From positions 1 through 64,000 of the IMG/VR virus record IMGVR_UViG_3300025015_000022: a stretch of 64,000 bases of DNA; one strand, 5' to 3'. The translations under genes and the position numbers were made by a program. Each line of letters begins with the position of its first letter. The first letter of the stretch is position 1. Positions 26,687-36,508 of this stretch are shown here, piece by piece. Source of the DNA: a virus (lineage: Duplodnaviria > Caudoviricetes). The notes beneath the pieces are model-generated. The model was not told the DNA's origin, searched no databases, and saw only the letters and a program-made list of their open reading frames with translations.

Positions 26687-28162
26687 ATGGCGTACGACAT
26701 GAGCCCGGTGGCGTTGGTATCTTGGCTGCGAGCACGTGCGCGTGGCTGCCGCACCGAGGCGGACCACCTCGACGCCGCAGCGGATCGGCTGGTGATGCTG
26801 GCGGATCGCGTGGTATCGGTGCCCACGGTGCAGCGCGAGGTCGCGGAGGTGCCGTTGCCATCGAAGCTGACGGTTACGCACGTAGAGGCCACCGTGCCAC
26901 GTGTCGTCACCGCCATCCCGCACGCGCCCACTCCACCCATCGAAACCAGCGCGATGACCGCCGACGAGGTGTGCCGGCGCCTGGGCTGCGCTGGCCACTA
27001 CATCACCCCGCTCACGAAGCACGGGATCATCGTCCGCAGCGATCACGTGGGTCGCATGGGCTCGGTGCTGTTCGATCGCGAGTCGGTGGAGCAAGCCCGG
27101 GGGACGTGGCACGCGCGGCTGCTGAAGGCTGCACCCTCCGTCGAGCCACCCGCGCCGGCCACGGAACCCACGCAGACCGTGGACACCATGAGTGCCGTCG
27201 ACGTGGCTGAGTTGCTGGGCTGCTCGCGAGCGTACGTCACGATCATGCTTCAGCACGGGGTGATCACGGGGACGAAGATCGCCACGAAGACCGGCGGCTA
27301 CTGGCGCATCGACAAGCCCTCGGTGGACGCGGTGCGCGATGGTGACGCGTGGCGTGGGCTGCTGAAGGCGGCGATGGAGCGGGCGAAGGTGGAGAGGAGC
27401 GAGCGGCTGGCGGGGCGCGTTCCCGTGGTCGAATCGACACCTGCACCGACGCTCGTACCTGCGATCCCTGGACCCGTCGTCACTGCGAGTCTCCCGCCGG
27501 TGGACGAAGCAGACCACAACGGCCCGCAGAGCGCGGTTGCTGAAACGTCCGATCCGGTGGCTGCGAAGGCGCCGAACTGGCGCACGGGCCCCACGATCCC
27601 GGACGGCCACAATGGGCGGGTGCAAGCCGCGTTGCACCTCGGGATCTCGGTGAAGCACCTCGACAAGCTCGTAGCGGGTGGCGTCGTGCGTGTGGCGCGC
27701 GAGGGGCGCCCCGGGCTGGCGACGCTCATCACCGATGCGGAGGTGGCGCGGGTGAAGGCGCTCGGACCCGAGGCGCTGGCATTGCTCCCGGGCGAGCGCG
27801 GGCCGGACCAACCAGCCAACCCCACGAAGCACGTCGACGACTCGGGTTGCAAGCCGCGCGCACCCGTGCACCGCCAGAAGCCCACCAACTACTGCGATCC
27901 CGTCGAGCCCTTCCCCGAGGGCCCCACGGTGACCTCGCTGGCGCTCGTCATGCGCTGGGGACTCACCATGCGGCAGTTGCGAGCGATCATCGCGGAGGGC
28001 TGGGTGCGAGCCAACGGTGACGGCGAGGTGCTGGAAGCCGACGCGCTGTGGTTCGAGAAGGGGACGGGGCCCGGCTCGCTGCGCCAGTGGAAGAAGGACA
28101 ACGTGGGCAAGGGCTACGGCAGCACCGCAACGTCGTCTCTCGGTGGCCAGGAGATCGGTTGA
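26687..28162 (+). CDS. protein with four excisionase/HTH_17-like domains
   Basis: MTADEVCRRLG, MSAVDVAELLGCSRAYV, GRVQAALHLGIS, VTSLALVMRWG, separated by Pro/Thr linkers. Confidence 0.7.
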   Translation: MAYDMSPVALVSWLRARARGCRTEADHLDAAADRLVMLADRVVSVPTVQREVAEVPLPSKLTVTHVEATVPRVVTAIPHAPTPPIETSAMTADEVCRRLGCAGHYITPLTKHGIIVRSDHVGRMGSVLFDRESVEQARGTWHARLLKAAPSVEPPAPATEPTQTVDTMSAVDVAELLGCSRAYVTIMLQHGVITGTKIATKTGGYWRIDKPSVDAVRDGDAWRGLLKAAMERAKVERSERLAGRVPVVESTPAPTLVPAIPGPVVTASLPPVDEADHNGPQSAVAETSDPVAAKAPNWRTGPTIPDGHNGRVQAALHLGISVKHLDKLVAGGVVRVAREGRPGLATLITDAEVARVKALGPEALALLPGERGPDQPANPTKHVDDSGCKPRAPVHRQKPTNYCDPVEPFPEGPTVTSLALVMRWGLTMRQLRAIIAEGWVRANGDGEVLEADALWFEKGTGPGSLRQWKKDNVGKGYGSTATSSLGGQEIG

Positions 28163-28164
28163 CC

Positions 28165-28865
28165 ATGCGGCACTACGGCGATCGCTCCATGGCTGGCGAG
28201 GTGGTGGGTGCAGTCGTCGAGGCTGCGTGGTACGTGGCGAGCGAGGCTGTGGGGCTGGCTGTCGCTGGGGCGGTCGCGATGATCGCTGCACCGCCGATCC
28301 TGGCGATCGTGGTTTGGGATCGCTGGCAGGCTCGGGCGAGCCGCGAGGCGTTGAAGCGTAGGACGAGCGCCGCCGGGCATACCGCTCGGGGCTGAACGTG
28401 GAGGGTACTACGATGCGACACACGACGATGGACATGCAGACGAGCGCGACGATCGTGATCCGGCTCGACGACGGCTCGAAGGTCGGGTTCAACGGGGGGC
28501 CGCTCGACTACACGCCGGACCAGGGGCTCGACTTCGAGCGCAGGCTGGAGGAGATGGGCCCGGTCGATGCGTGCGCCTACCTGGACCAAAACGGCTGGAC
28601 GCGCTTCGGTGTCGAGCAGGAGCCGTGCACCGACCATCCCGTGCCCCGCGATCGGGCCGAGGCGGCCCTGCGCTTCCTGATCGCTCGCCTGAGCCTGGAG
28701 GCACTGGACCGGTCGTCGCGGGCTGGCTTGGCGGCGATTCTCGACAGGTGCCCGTGGGGGTGCCCGCACGGAGACCGCTGCACGCTTGGCCTGGGGCACG
28801 AGGGCGGTCACAACTTCACGAAGTGCGGCTGCAACGAGCCGCTGGTGGACACGCGCCAGGCGTGA
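28165..28865 (+). other. two small hypothetical genes (28165-28395 membrane protein; 28413-28865 with C-terminal Cys/His motif)
   Basis: TM stretch; CPWGCPHGDRCTLGLGHEGGH. Confidence 0.5.
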
Positions 28866-28890
28866 CGCCGGCGCTTGAAAGGAAAGGACG

Positions 28891-29112
28891 ATGGGCGACG
28901 TGGCGAAGAATCTAGGCCATCGTATTCATGCTCGCGAGATCGGTAAGCGACTCGGCGTGGCGACGAACACCGTGATCAATCTCTGCAAGGCGGGGAAGGG
29001 CCCGAGGCACGTTCGGCTTCCACCTGCGAACGATGGCGGCAACACGACGTGGCTTTTCTATGAAGCTGACGTCGATGCATGGATCTTGAAGCACACAGTG
29101 GAGGAGGGCTAA
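28891..29112 (+). CDS. AlpA/excisionase-like HTH protein
   Basis: AREIGKRLGVATNTVINLCKAGKGP...WLFYEADVDAWI; AGGA RBS. Confidence 0.8.
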   Translation: MGDVAKNLGHRIHAREIGKRLGVATNTVINLCKAGKGPRHVRLPPANDGGNTTWLFYEADVDAWILKHTVEEG

Positions 29113-29115
29113 TCG

Positions 29116-29964
29116 TTGAAGCGAACGACCGAGACGAAGTGCCCGCTGTGCGGAGTGTTCTTCGAGGTGACGTTCGGAGAACTACACGTGGCGGAAGGCC
29201 GCGACGAGCGCGTGGTCGCGATGCGCCTGCGCTGCCCAGGCTGCGGCATGGGTGATCGCGTGGCGGACGCGGAGTTCGTCGAGAGCATGCCAGTCGAGGA
29301 GCAGCAGTGGGCCGTCGAGATGCTGTGCGAGACGGTCTTGCGCGACCTGGCAGACGAAGCGGAGGATCAGCGCGTCGACGAACGAAGGCGGGGTTGCTGT
29401 GGCGCCATCTGCTACAGCGACGGCAAGTTCACGTGCTCCAACGGCGCGACGGGCCAATTCCACGGTAAGACGGCGGGCAGGTTGACCGTCGCATTGCCGG
29501 GCTGCGCTCCGTTCGACGCGCCCGGATGCAATTCCGAGCCTGGCGTGTTCACCATCGAAGCCGCCCGGGTCGTCATGCGCGCGGTCAACGCCGTCTCCCC
29601 CGAGGTGGCGTGCTCCATTCTCGACGTGCCCGGTGGGTACGCGGCGGTGAAGCTGGGCGAGTAGCAGGGGGCACACGTGAGCGAGCGCATCCCGATCGTC
29701 ACCCACGCATGCGGCCATCGCTGGGATGTCCCACGCTCGACGCCAGAGCAGCGTGTGCAGATGGAGCGGGATCCGTGCCCAACGTGTGGGGTGGGGATCA
29801 CCGTCTCGTGCTTGTCGCCGGACGATGCGTTCGCTGAAGCCTGCGCGCTCGTGGCTTCGTTCGAAGGCTTGGTGGACACGGCAGCAAACCGGGCAGGCTT
29901 GGTTGTTGCGCGGCGCATCCGAGCGCTCGTCTACCGCCAGGCCACCGATGGGCGCCATCGATGA
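29116..29964 (+). other. two zinc-binding hypothetical genes (29116-29664, 29677-29964)
   Basis: CPLC/CPGC; HACGHRW...CPTC. Confidence 0.55.
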
Positions 29965-30956
29965 CCCCCGCAGAGCGCGTCCACCGCCGAGGCTGCTGCG
30001 CCTGCGAGCACGCACCCAAGGGCACCCCCCGCGGCACCGTCCCTCAGCCAGAGATCCCGCTACCTTGCGGTCGTACCCCAGGCACCTGCACCTACGGCCT
30101 CGACGCCGCCCTGGCCATCGACGACAAGCAGGCCCCGATCTTCGACGAGGTGAGCGAGGAGGACGGTTCCTGGCGTACCGAGGAAGCTGGAGCCTGGCAC
30201 GAGTCGAAGGAAGACTACGCCGATCGCCAGAACACCGCCGCGTCCATCGCCCCATACCTCGCGGTGCTCCCTCACCTGGCGGGCGTCCTCTCCGACAAGC
30301 AGCGCGAGGTGGTCAACGCGCTTCTCGACGATCGCAGGCAAGCCGACCTCTCCCGAGGCAGGGACGTGATCAGGCAGACTACCGGCGTCCACTTCAAGCG
30401 GGCCAAGACCCGCCTGGGCGACATCTTCACCACGCTCCGGCGGGAGTCGTGCGCCTGCGCCGTTGGGAGGACCACGCTCGAAGACGGCTTGCAGTCGCTT
30501 GCCAGGATCGCCAACACGATGACCGCGCACCAGGCGCTGGTCATGCTGGAACTCGTGGCAGGCAACCACACCTCGTGGTACCAACTCGGCGCGTTCTTTC
30601 ACGTCGACCCTGCCGCAGTGACGTACCTGGTGCTTCGGGTGGTCGCTCGGATCGAGGCGGTGGTCGACGGTGCTGCAGACCCAATGTCGTGGAAGTCTGG
30701 CATCCCCAGCAGGGTGTGCACGGAGGGTGGCGTGCTCGCTGAGCTTCGTCACCCAGCTTCTGCCACCGACCTGCCGATCAAGATCCGTCGAACGCTCGCC
30801 ACCCAACTGGCTGGAATCTACGTGTCCAGGTGTCGCGTCGAGGATGTCAACCCAGACCGAAAAGCGGTGTGGGCTGGCAAGAGGATCTTGAAGCTCATCC
30901 ATGCTGACTTCGCGTTAGCGGCAGCTAACTCCATCGCTGCTCTCGACACGCTCTAG
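29961..30956 (+). CDS. putative late-gene regulator with sigma70 region-4-like HTH
   Basis: LSDKQREVVNALL...QADLS...RQTTGVHFKRAKTRL; last gene before the terminase. Confidence 0.5.
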   Translation: MTPAERVHRRGCCACEHAPKGTPRGTVPQPEIPLPCGRTPGTCTYGLDAALAIDDKQAPIFDEVSEEDGSWRTEEAGAWHESKEDYADRQNTAASIAPYLAVLPHLAGVLSDKQREVVNALLDDRRQADLSRGRDVIRQTTGVHFKRAKTRLGDIFTTLRRESCACAVGRTTLEDGLQSLARIANTMTAHQALVMLELVAGNHTSWYQLGAFFHVDPAAVTYLVLRVVARIEAVVDGAADPMSWKSGIPSRVCTEGGVLAELRHPASATDLPIKIRRTLATQLAGIYVSRCRVEDVNPDRKAVWAGKRILKLIHADFALAAANSIAALDTL

Positions 30957-30977
30957 CATCCCACGCGATCGCGGCGC

Positions 30978-31042
30978 TTGACGCCAGTTCGAGATTCCCC
31001 TAAACAGATTGGTGAACAGAGCCAGCAGATCACTGGTTTTTT
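30978..31042 (+). promoter_or_regulatory. candidate late promoter followed by a weak terminator
   Basis: TTGACG-N17-TAAACA, then CCAG-N7-CTGG-TTTTTT (31022-31042). Confidence 0.4.
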
Positions 31043-31060
31043 GTTGTTGGCGGGGGGTGC

Positions 31061-31783
31061 ATGGCGACGAAGGACGGATCTAAGGGCAACGGTTCCGCGT
31101 CGGCAGAGATCGCGCCAGCCATCCAACCCAAGCCGAAGCGGAAGTACCGGCGTGCGAACATGCACCCCTGGGAAACCATCAAGCGTGAGTACCTCTACGG
31201 GTTCATCAACGACGCAGGTACGCGGGTGTACCCCAACCTGCGCCAGTTGGCAGAGCGCTACCACGTCCCGTTGAATTCGATCGGGGGCGTGGCGGTTCGC
31301 GGCAACAGCACCGTCACGGGCGAGTGGGCCAAGGAACGCGACCAGGCGCAGGTGGCGATCGAAGAGGAGGCCAAGAAGCGGGCGGTGGCGCAGTTCGGCG
31401 CGGAGTTGGCGAAGACCGAGGCGCGGCACCTGCGCGGACACCACGCGGCAGAGGCGGCGATCGCGATGGCGCTGTACGAGACGGACGCTGACGGGCACTT
31501 CATCCAGCCGAATCGCTTCCGCAAGGAACTGAGCCCGCAGGACATCAAGGCGCTCTACTCGGTCTACTGCGAGGCGACCGACCGGCAGCGGATCCTCATG
31601 GGCCAGCCCACGCAACGAATCGAGATCATCGAGCAGCAGCAGAGCGAGCCCGCGGTGCTGCGGCTGCTGACGATGGAAGACCTGGCGAACGCTGGCCGGC
31701 AGTTGGCGGCGGCGATGACTGCCAGGAAGCGGGTGACGCTCATGCTGCCCGACGACCCCAACGACGTAATCGTGGAGCAGTAG
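31061..31783 (+). CDS. terS: terminase small subunit (putative)
   Basis: Position upstream of TerL; N-terminal HTH-like segment (WETIKREY...LRQLAERYHV); helical body. Confidence 0.65.
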   Translation: MATKDGSKGNGSASAEIAPAIQPKPKRKYRRANMHPWETIKREYLYGFINDAGTRVYPNLRQLAERYHVPLNSIGGVAVRGNSTVTGEWAKERDQAQVAIEEEAKKRAVAQFGAELAKTEARHLRGHHAAEAAIAMALYETDADGHFIQPNRFRKELSPQDIKALYSVYCEATDRQRILMGQPTQRIEIIEQQQSEPAVLRLLTMEDLANAGRQLAAAMTARKRVTLMLPDDPNDVIVEQ

Positions 31784-31875
31784 ATGGCGGTCTCCACGCG
31801 GTGGACGAACCAGACTCGGGCCGCCTGTAGAGCGGCGGTGCGCGATCTGGTATTTTTGGCTTCGTCGTGCCATCC

Positions 31876-33615
31876 ATGACGCTCGCCAGCCGGCAGACGC
31901 GCGCAGAGGTAACGCCGCTCGACCTGGTGGCAGAACCGAGCGGACGCAGATGGATGGTCAAGGCGTCCCCGGGGTTCTTCGCGCACTACTATCTGGGTCG
32001 CGACTTCGTGGCGCACCAGGACCGCTGGTACGACATGTTCATGCAGCACCGGCGGCTGTTGCTGCTGGCCCCCCGTGGCCACGGCAAGACCGAGGCGCTG
32101 GTCCGCGTGTTCGCTGAGTCGCGGATCTGCGTCGACCGCTCGGTGCGCATCCTCGTGATCTCGAAGACCAAGGATGAGGCCAGGAAGCGTGTCGACCAGG
32201 TGCGACGCGACCTGGAGAGCAACTCGCGGATCATCGAAGACTTCGGGTCGTTTTCGCCGCGGGTGGTGCCCGACAGTAGGAACCGCAGGCCCGGGCGCAG
32301 CTCGGAGCGGTGGTCCAGCACGCAGTTCTACGTGACCGGGCGCAAGTCCTCTCGCGACGCCACGATGGAGTCAGTAGGCGTGGGCGGGGCCATCACGGGC
32401 GGGCACTTCGACCTGATCATCCTCGACGACCCGATCGAACTCAGTGATGCGCGAAGCCAGGCCAAACGTGATTCGGTGTGGGACTGGTTCCAGGGCACCG
32501 TGCTGAAGCTGGTCGAGCCGCACGGGAAGGTGGTCGTAATCGGCACCAAGAAGCACGCCGACGACCTGTACGGGCGGATCATCGCGGGGGACGGGCGGTT
32601 CGAGGCCATCACCGACCGGGCCATCCCCGACGAGGAGTGGCTGAGTCGTGGGGAGTGGAAGTACCTCACGCGCAAGGGCGAGGGAGGGCGCGTCGTGACC
32701 TACGGGGCGGAGGTCATTGGGGAGCGCACGGAGCCCTTGTGGCCTGAGCGGTGGTCCCTCGAAAATCTGCTGTTGGAGTACAAGGAATCGAGCCTGACGT
32801 TCATGCGGGAGTTGCAGAACCGTATGATGGACGACGCCAAGACGGTGTTCAAGCGCGCCTACTTCACCGGTGGCACGGTCGAGAGCCTGCCTGGGATCGT
32901 GCTTCCGGGCTGCTACGAGCCGACGTACACGCTGAGCCCCCCGGGTGCGGAGTACCGACCTCATCCGGCGCTGGCGCACCTGCACATCTTGCAGGCGTGG
33001 GATCTGAGCCTGGTGGACTCGAAGGAGAAGGCAGAGCGTGACGACAGCGACTTTATGGTCGGGCTGACGATCGGCTACGACCCCTCGACAGAGGAGCGCT
33101 GGTTGCTGGGGTTCTACCGGGACCGCGGGGTGTTGCCTTCCCAGGTCACGGGTGCCATCAAGCTGGAGTGCGCGCGGTTCGGGGGGGGAGGGCAGGTCAG
33201 GTTCGTGGCGGTCGAGCGGAACGCGTTCGGGCGGCTGCACGAGTTGAAGCTGCGGGCCACCACGGCGCTTCCCCTGGTCGGGCACACCACGGGGAAGAAC
33301 AAGGCGGACCCCGACGACGGCGTGTTCAAGCTGGTCGGACTTTTAGAGAATGGCAAGTGGCGGATCCCGACTGGGGACCTCTACAGCCGGCAGGTTGCCC
33401 AGCTTGTGGAGAACGAGTTCGTGGGCTACGGGGTGGAGAGTCACGACGACATTGTGCTGGCGAGTTGGATCGCGGAGTGCCTGGTGGCGCGGTACGAGCG
33501 GTTCCTGTTCGCGCGGGGGTCTCGCGGTGCTTCTGGTGCCGATGGTGTGGACCGGGGAGAGATGAAAACGCAGCGGCCGTCAGTGGGCGTGCGCCCGTCG
33601 CGAGCCGACGCATGA
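31876..33615 (+). CDS. terL: terminase large subunit
   Basis: APRGHGKT, GGAITGGHFDLIILDDP, VIGTKK, QAWDLS, VAVERNAF, HDDIVLA. Confidence 0.93.
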   Translation: MTLASRQTRAEVTPLDLVAEPSGRRWMVKASPGFFAHYYLGRDFVAHQDRWYDMFMQHRRLLLLAPRGHGKTEALVRVFAESRICVDRSVRILVISKTKDEARKRVDQVRRDLESNSRIIEDFGSFSPRVVPDSRNRRPGRSSERWSSTQFYVTGRKSSRDATMESVGVGGAITGGHFDLIILDDPIELSDARSQAKRDSVWDWFQGTVLKLVEPHGKVVVIGTKKHADDLYGRIIAGDGRFEAITDRAIPDEEWLSRGEWKYLTRKGEGGRVVTYGAEVIGERTEPLWPERWSLENLLLEYKESSLTFMRELQNRMMDDAKTVFKRAYFTGGTVESLPGIVLPGCYEPTYTLSPPGAEYRPHPALAHLHILQAWDLSLVDSKEKAERDDSDFMVGLTIGYDPSTEERWLLGFYRDRGVLPSQVTGAIKLECARFGGGGQVRFVAVERNAFGRLHELKLRATTALPLVGHTTGKNKADPDDGVFKLVGLLENGKWRIPTGDLYSRQVAQLVENEFVGYGVESHDDIVLASWIAECLVARYERFLFARGSRGASGADGVDRGEMKTQRPSVGVRPSRADA

Positions 33616-33625
33616 GGAGACGACC

Positions 33626-35281
33626 ATGGACGAGAAGCAGCGACTGGTGCTGAGCGCGCGGTCCTACGGCACGAAGAAGCGCGGGGGGGACAGCGACCGG
33701 AGCCAGCAGACCGACCCGTTCAAGCAGTCGTACGCGAATGGCAAGATCCTCGAACCCCCGTGGAGCCCGGACAACTTCGCGGCGCTGAACGAGACGGTGG
33801 ACATCATGCCCCCGATCGTCGACGCGCTGCGGATCAACATCGAGCAGCAGGGCGCTGGGCTGCGGAAGCGGCACGAGGAAATCAACGAGGGAGACCCCCT
33901 GGTTGTGGCTGAGTGGGACGTGGCGACGGACCTACTGGAGTCGTGCACGGAAGACGGCGTGGAGAGCCTGCGAGGCTTCGTGCGTGATGATCTCACGTTG
34001 ACGGGGTCGGGGTACATCGAGGTGCTCCGGGAGACGGCGAGCATGGCCCGTGCGCGGAAGCGAGCGGCGGGAGATGACGGCCAGGCCAACGCTGGTTCCA
34101 AGCGGCGCCCGTACTTCTTTCTGCACGCGCCCTCGTACCGTACGCGGATCTGCGTGCCGGACGAAGACGCGTCGAAACCGATCGATGCTACCCGGTGGGT
34201 GCTGGTCGACGGCGAGTGGACCGAGCGGAAGGTACTTCGGACGTTCCGCAAGTTCGCGCAGATCAAGCCTGGGTCCAGTGAGTTGCGGTATTTCAAGGAG
34301 ATGGACGACCCCCGGACGCTGAACGCGTTGACGGGGAAGTACGACGAGGGCACGTCTGCGGCAGAGCGGGCGACCGAGATCTGGATGACGGGGTTCTTCA
34401 ACGGGCGCTCGGCGTACGGCATCCCGAAGTTCGCGGCGGCGCATTACGCCATTGGAGGCCTGGTCGAGAGCGAGCGGGGGAATTACGAGTACCTGTTCAA
34501 CAACGGCATCCCGGCGATGGTGGTCCTGGTCTCGGGGGGTGTGTTGACGGGCGAGGCGAACCAAGCAGTGATGGAGCGCTTCGACGAGGTGCGGGGCAAG
34601 ATCGGCGCGGTGCTGGTTCTGGAGGCCAAGCCGTTCGACAAGCCGGGCATGGACGCGATGGAGCCCGGGAGCCCGGCGGGGCAGGTGAAGATCGAGATCA
34701 AGCCGCTGGCGGAGTTGATTCGTGAGGACGCGCTGTTCTTGAAGTACATCGCGGCACAGCACAAGATCATCCGAGGCGTCTGGCGCGTCCCGCCCCTGCT
34801 GATGGGCATGGCCGACGACTACAGCTACGCGACGGCATACGTGAGCATGACGATGTTCGAGGACCAGGTCTGCCAGCCCGAGCGTGGGCGGTTCGACTCG
34901 TTCATGAACCTGCGCGTGTTCCCGCAGATCGGTGTGAGTTCGTGGTTGTACCAGAGCAAGGGCGTGAAGAGCGGGCAGATGGCGGAGATCGCGGCGTTGG
35001 TCAACGCTGGGGTCGCGGCTGGTGCCGGGAACCCGAACGTGTGGGGACAGGTGATCGGCGATCAACTCGGGTACGACATCCCGCAGGTCGACGGCCCAGA
35101 TGGGGAGCAGGCGTTCGCGCTGACGTTGAAGAAGCTGGAGCAGACGCAGGCGCTGTTCTCGGGGACGGCGAAGGCGACGGCGGCCAACGAGGTGGCGGAC
35201 CTGGTGATCGCCGGGCTGACCGAGGCGGGGCGGAAGTGGGAGCGCATGACCGACGCAGAGAGGAAGGCTGTACGTGGCTGA
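33626..35281 (+). CDS. portal protein (PBSX/HK97 type)
   Basis: LTLTGSGYIEVLR, YGIPKF, YLFNNGIPAMVV, WRVPPLLMG; position after TerL. Confidence 0.88.
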   Translation: MDEKQRLVLSARSYGTKKRGGDSDRSQQTDPFKQSYANGKILEPPWSPDNFAALNETVDIMPPIVDALRINIEQQGAGLRKRHEEINEGDPLVVAEWDVATDLLESCTEDGVESLRGFVRDDLTLTGSGYIEVLRETASMARARKRAAGDDGQANAGSKRRPYFFLHAPSYRTRICVPDEDASKPIDATRWVLVDGEWTERKVLRTFRKFAQIKPGSSELRYFKEMDDPRTLNALTGKYDEGTSAAERATEIWMTGFFNGRSAYGIPKFAAAHYAIGGLVESERGNYEYLFNNGIPAMVVLVSGGVLTGEANQAVMERFDEVRGKIGAVLVLEAKPFDKPGMDAMEPGSPAGQVKIEIKPLAELIREDALFLKYIAAQHKIIRGVWRVPPLLMGMADDYSYATAYVSMTMFEDQVCQPERGRFDSFMNLRVFPQIGVSSWLYQSKGVKSGQMAEIAALVNAGVAAGAGNPNVWGQVIGDQLGYDIPQVDGPDGEQAFALTLKKLEQTQALFSGTAKATAANEVADLVIAGLTEAGRKWERMTDAERKAVRG

Positions 35282-36368
35282 GCACGTCTGCGGCTGTGGC
35301 GAGCACGGGGCGTGGTGGGGCTGTGGCTGCGGGCATGACCTGCACACGCTGTCGCTGGGTGAGGCCACACGTGTACGCAGGCTTGCGACGGGGCTGAGGT
35401 TGCTCACGGGGCAGATGCGCGAGGCGGACCCGTACACGCTGGAATGGCTACTGGAGCGCGAGGCGCTGCTGGCGGAGGAGCTGGAGCCGCAGGTCGTACA
35501 GATGGGGGGCGACCTCATCGACGAGATCATGAAGGAGCTGAGCGAGTTGAAGGCGCTCGACGGTGAGTTGACGCCCCGCGAGATCAAGGGGATCGCCAAC
35601 GACACCGAGGCCATGCTGCAGAAGGCGTCGGAGATGTTCTCGACGGACCTGGCTCCTACAGTGGGCGAGCACGCGGCGCGGGTGTACAAGAACGTCAGGA
35701 CCATCAAGGGCACCATCGGCGTCGACTTCTCGCTGGTCGACAAGAAGGCGATCGCGTGGATGAAGAAGGACCCCGCGGTCTGGGTGAAGAAGCACTTCGC
35801 CGACGACGTGACGGCGCGGGTCAAGACGATCTCCGCCAACGCGTTGAAGGAAGGCTGGGGGCGCGTGGAACTGGCGCGCGTGATGGAAGCGGAGTTGCAG
35901 AACCAGGTGGTGGGGTACGGGTATTGGGAGGTGCTGGCGGCGGCGAACCTGAACCGCTCGCGGACTTGGAGCGCGTACGAGTCGATGGTGGAGCAGGGGG
36001 TCTCTAAGAGCCTCTGGTCAGCGACGGGCGATGAGCGCATGTGTCCTACGTGTTCTGCGCTCGACGGCACGGTGTTCTCGGTAGCCACTGCGGTCGACCA
36101 GCACCGGGCGATTGTCGACGCGGACCCCAGCCCAGAGGAGTACATCGACCTCAATCCGTGGGTGGGGACGGGGGTACGCGAGAATGCCGACGGCGAGAAG
36201 GAGCCGTGGTTCTACACGACGGACTCGGCGAAGGTGAAACACGACGTGACGGCGCAGTTCAACGCGCTGACGCCTGGGAAGGCCGACGACGGGAAGGCGA
36301 TCCAGGAGTTGGGGATCACGTGTCCCGCTCACGGCAGATGTCGTTGTTCAGTTGAGCCCGTCGACTGA
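35274..36368 (+). CDS. Mu gpF-like head morphogenesis protein
   Basis: WSATGDERMCPTCSALDG...PAHGRCRCS. Confidence 0.85.
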   Translation: MAEHVCGCGEHGAWWGCGCGHDLHTLSLGEATRVRRLATGLRLLTGQMREADPYTLEWLLEREALLAEELEPQVVQMGGDLIDEIMKELSELKALDGELTPREIKGIANDTEAMLQKASEMFSTDLAPTVGEHAARVYKNVRTIKGTIGVDFSLVDKKAIAWMKKDPAVWVKKHFADDVTARVKTISANALKEGWGRVELARVMEAELQNQVVGYGYWEVLAAANLNRSRTWSAYESMVEQGVSKSLWSATGDERMCPTCSALDGTVFSVATAVDQHRAIVDADPSPEEYIDLNPWVGTGVRENADGEKEPWFYTTDSAKVKHDVTAQFNALTPGKADDGKAIQELGITCPAHGRCRCSVEPVD

Positions 36369-36401
36369 TCGCAGCCTGCAATCTCGACTTCCTCACCACG
36401 C

Positions 36402-36429
36402 TTGACACCTAGAAAAACCTCGGCACCAT
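36402..36429 (+). promoter_or_regulatory. candidate promoter
   Basis: Perfect TTGACA at 36402-36407 in an AT-richer gap; -10 only CACCAT at 16 nt. Confidence 0.4.
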
Positions 36430-36508
36430 GTAGGGAAATCACAGGCGATACGAACGTGGCACGCGTTCTCCGTGCTGCTCCGCACCGCCGGAAGGCCTGG
36501 GCTGTGGC

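Noticed and set aside
14258-33188. G8 tracts (14258-14265, 33181-33188) as phase-variation sites
   Set aside because: Short for this G-rich strand; one lies in essential terL.
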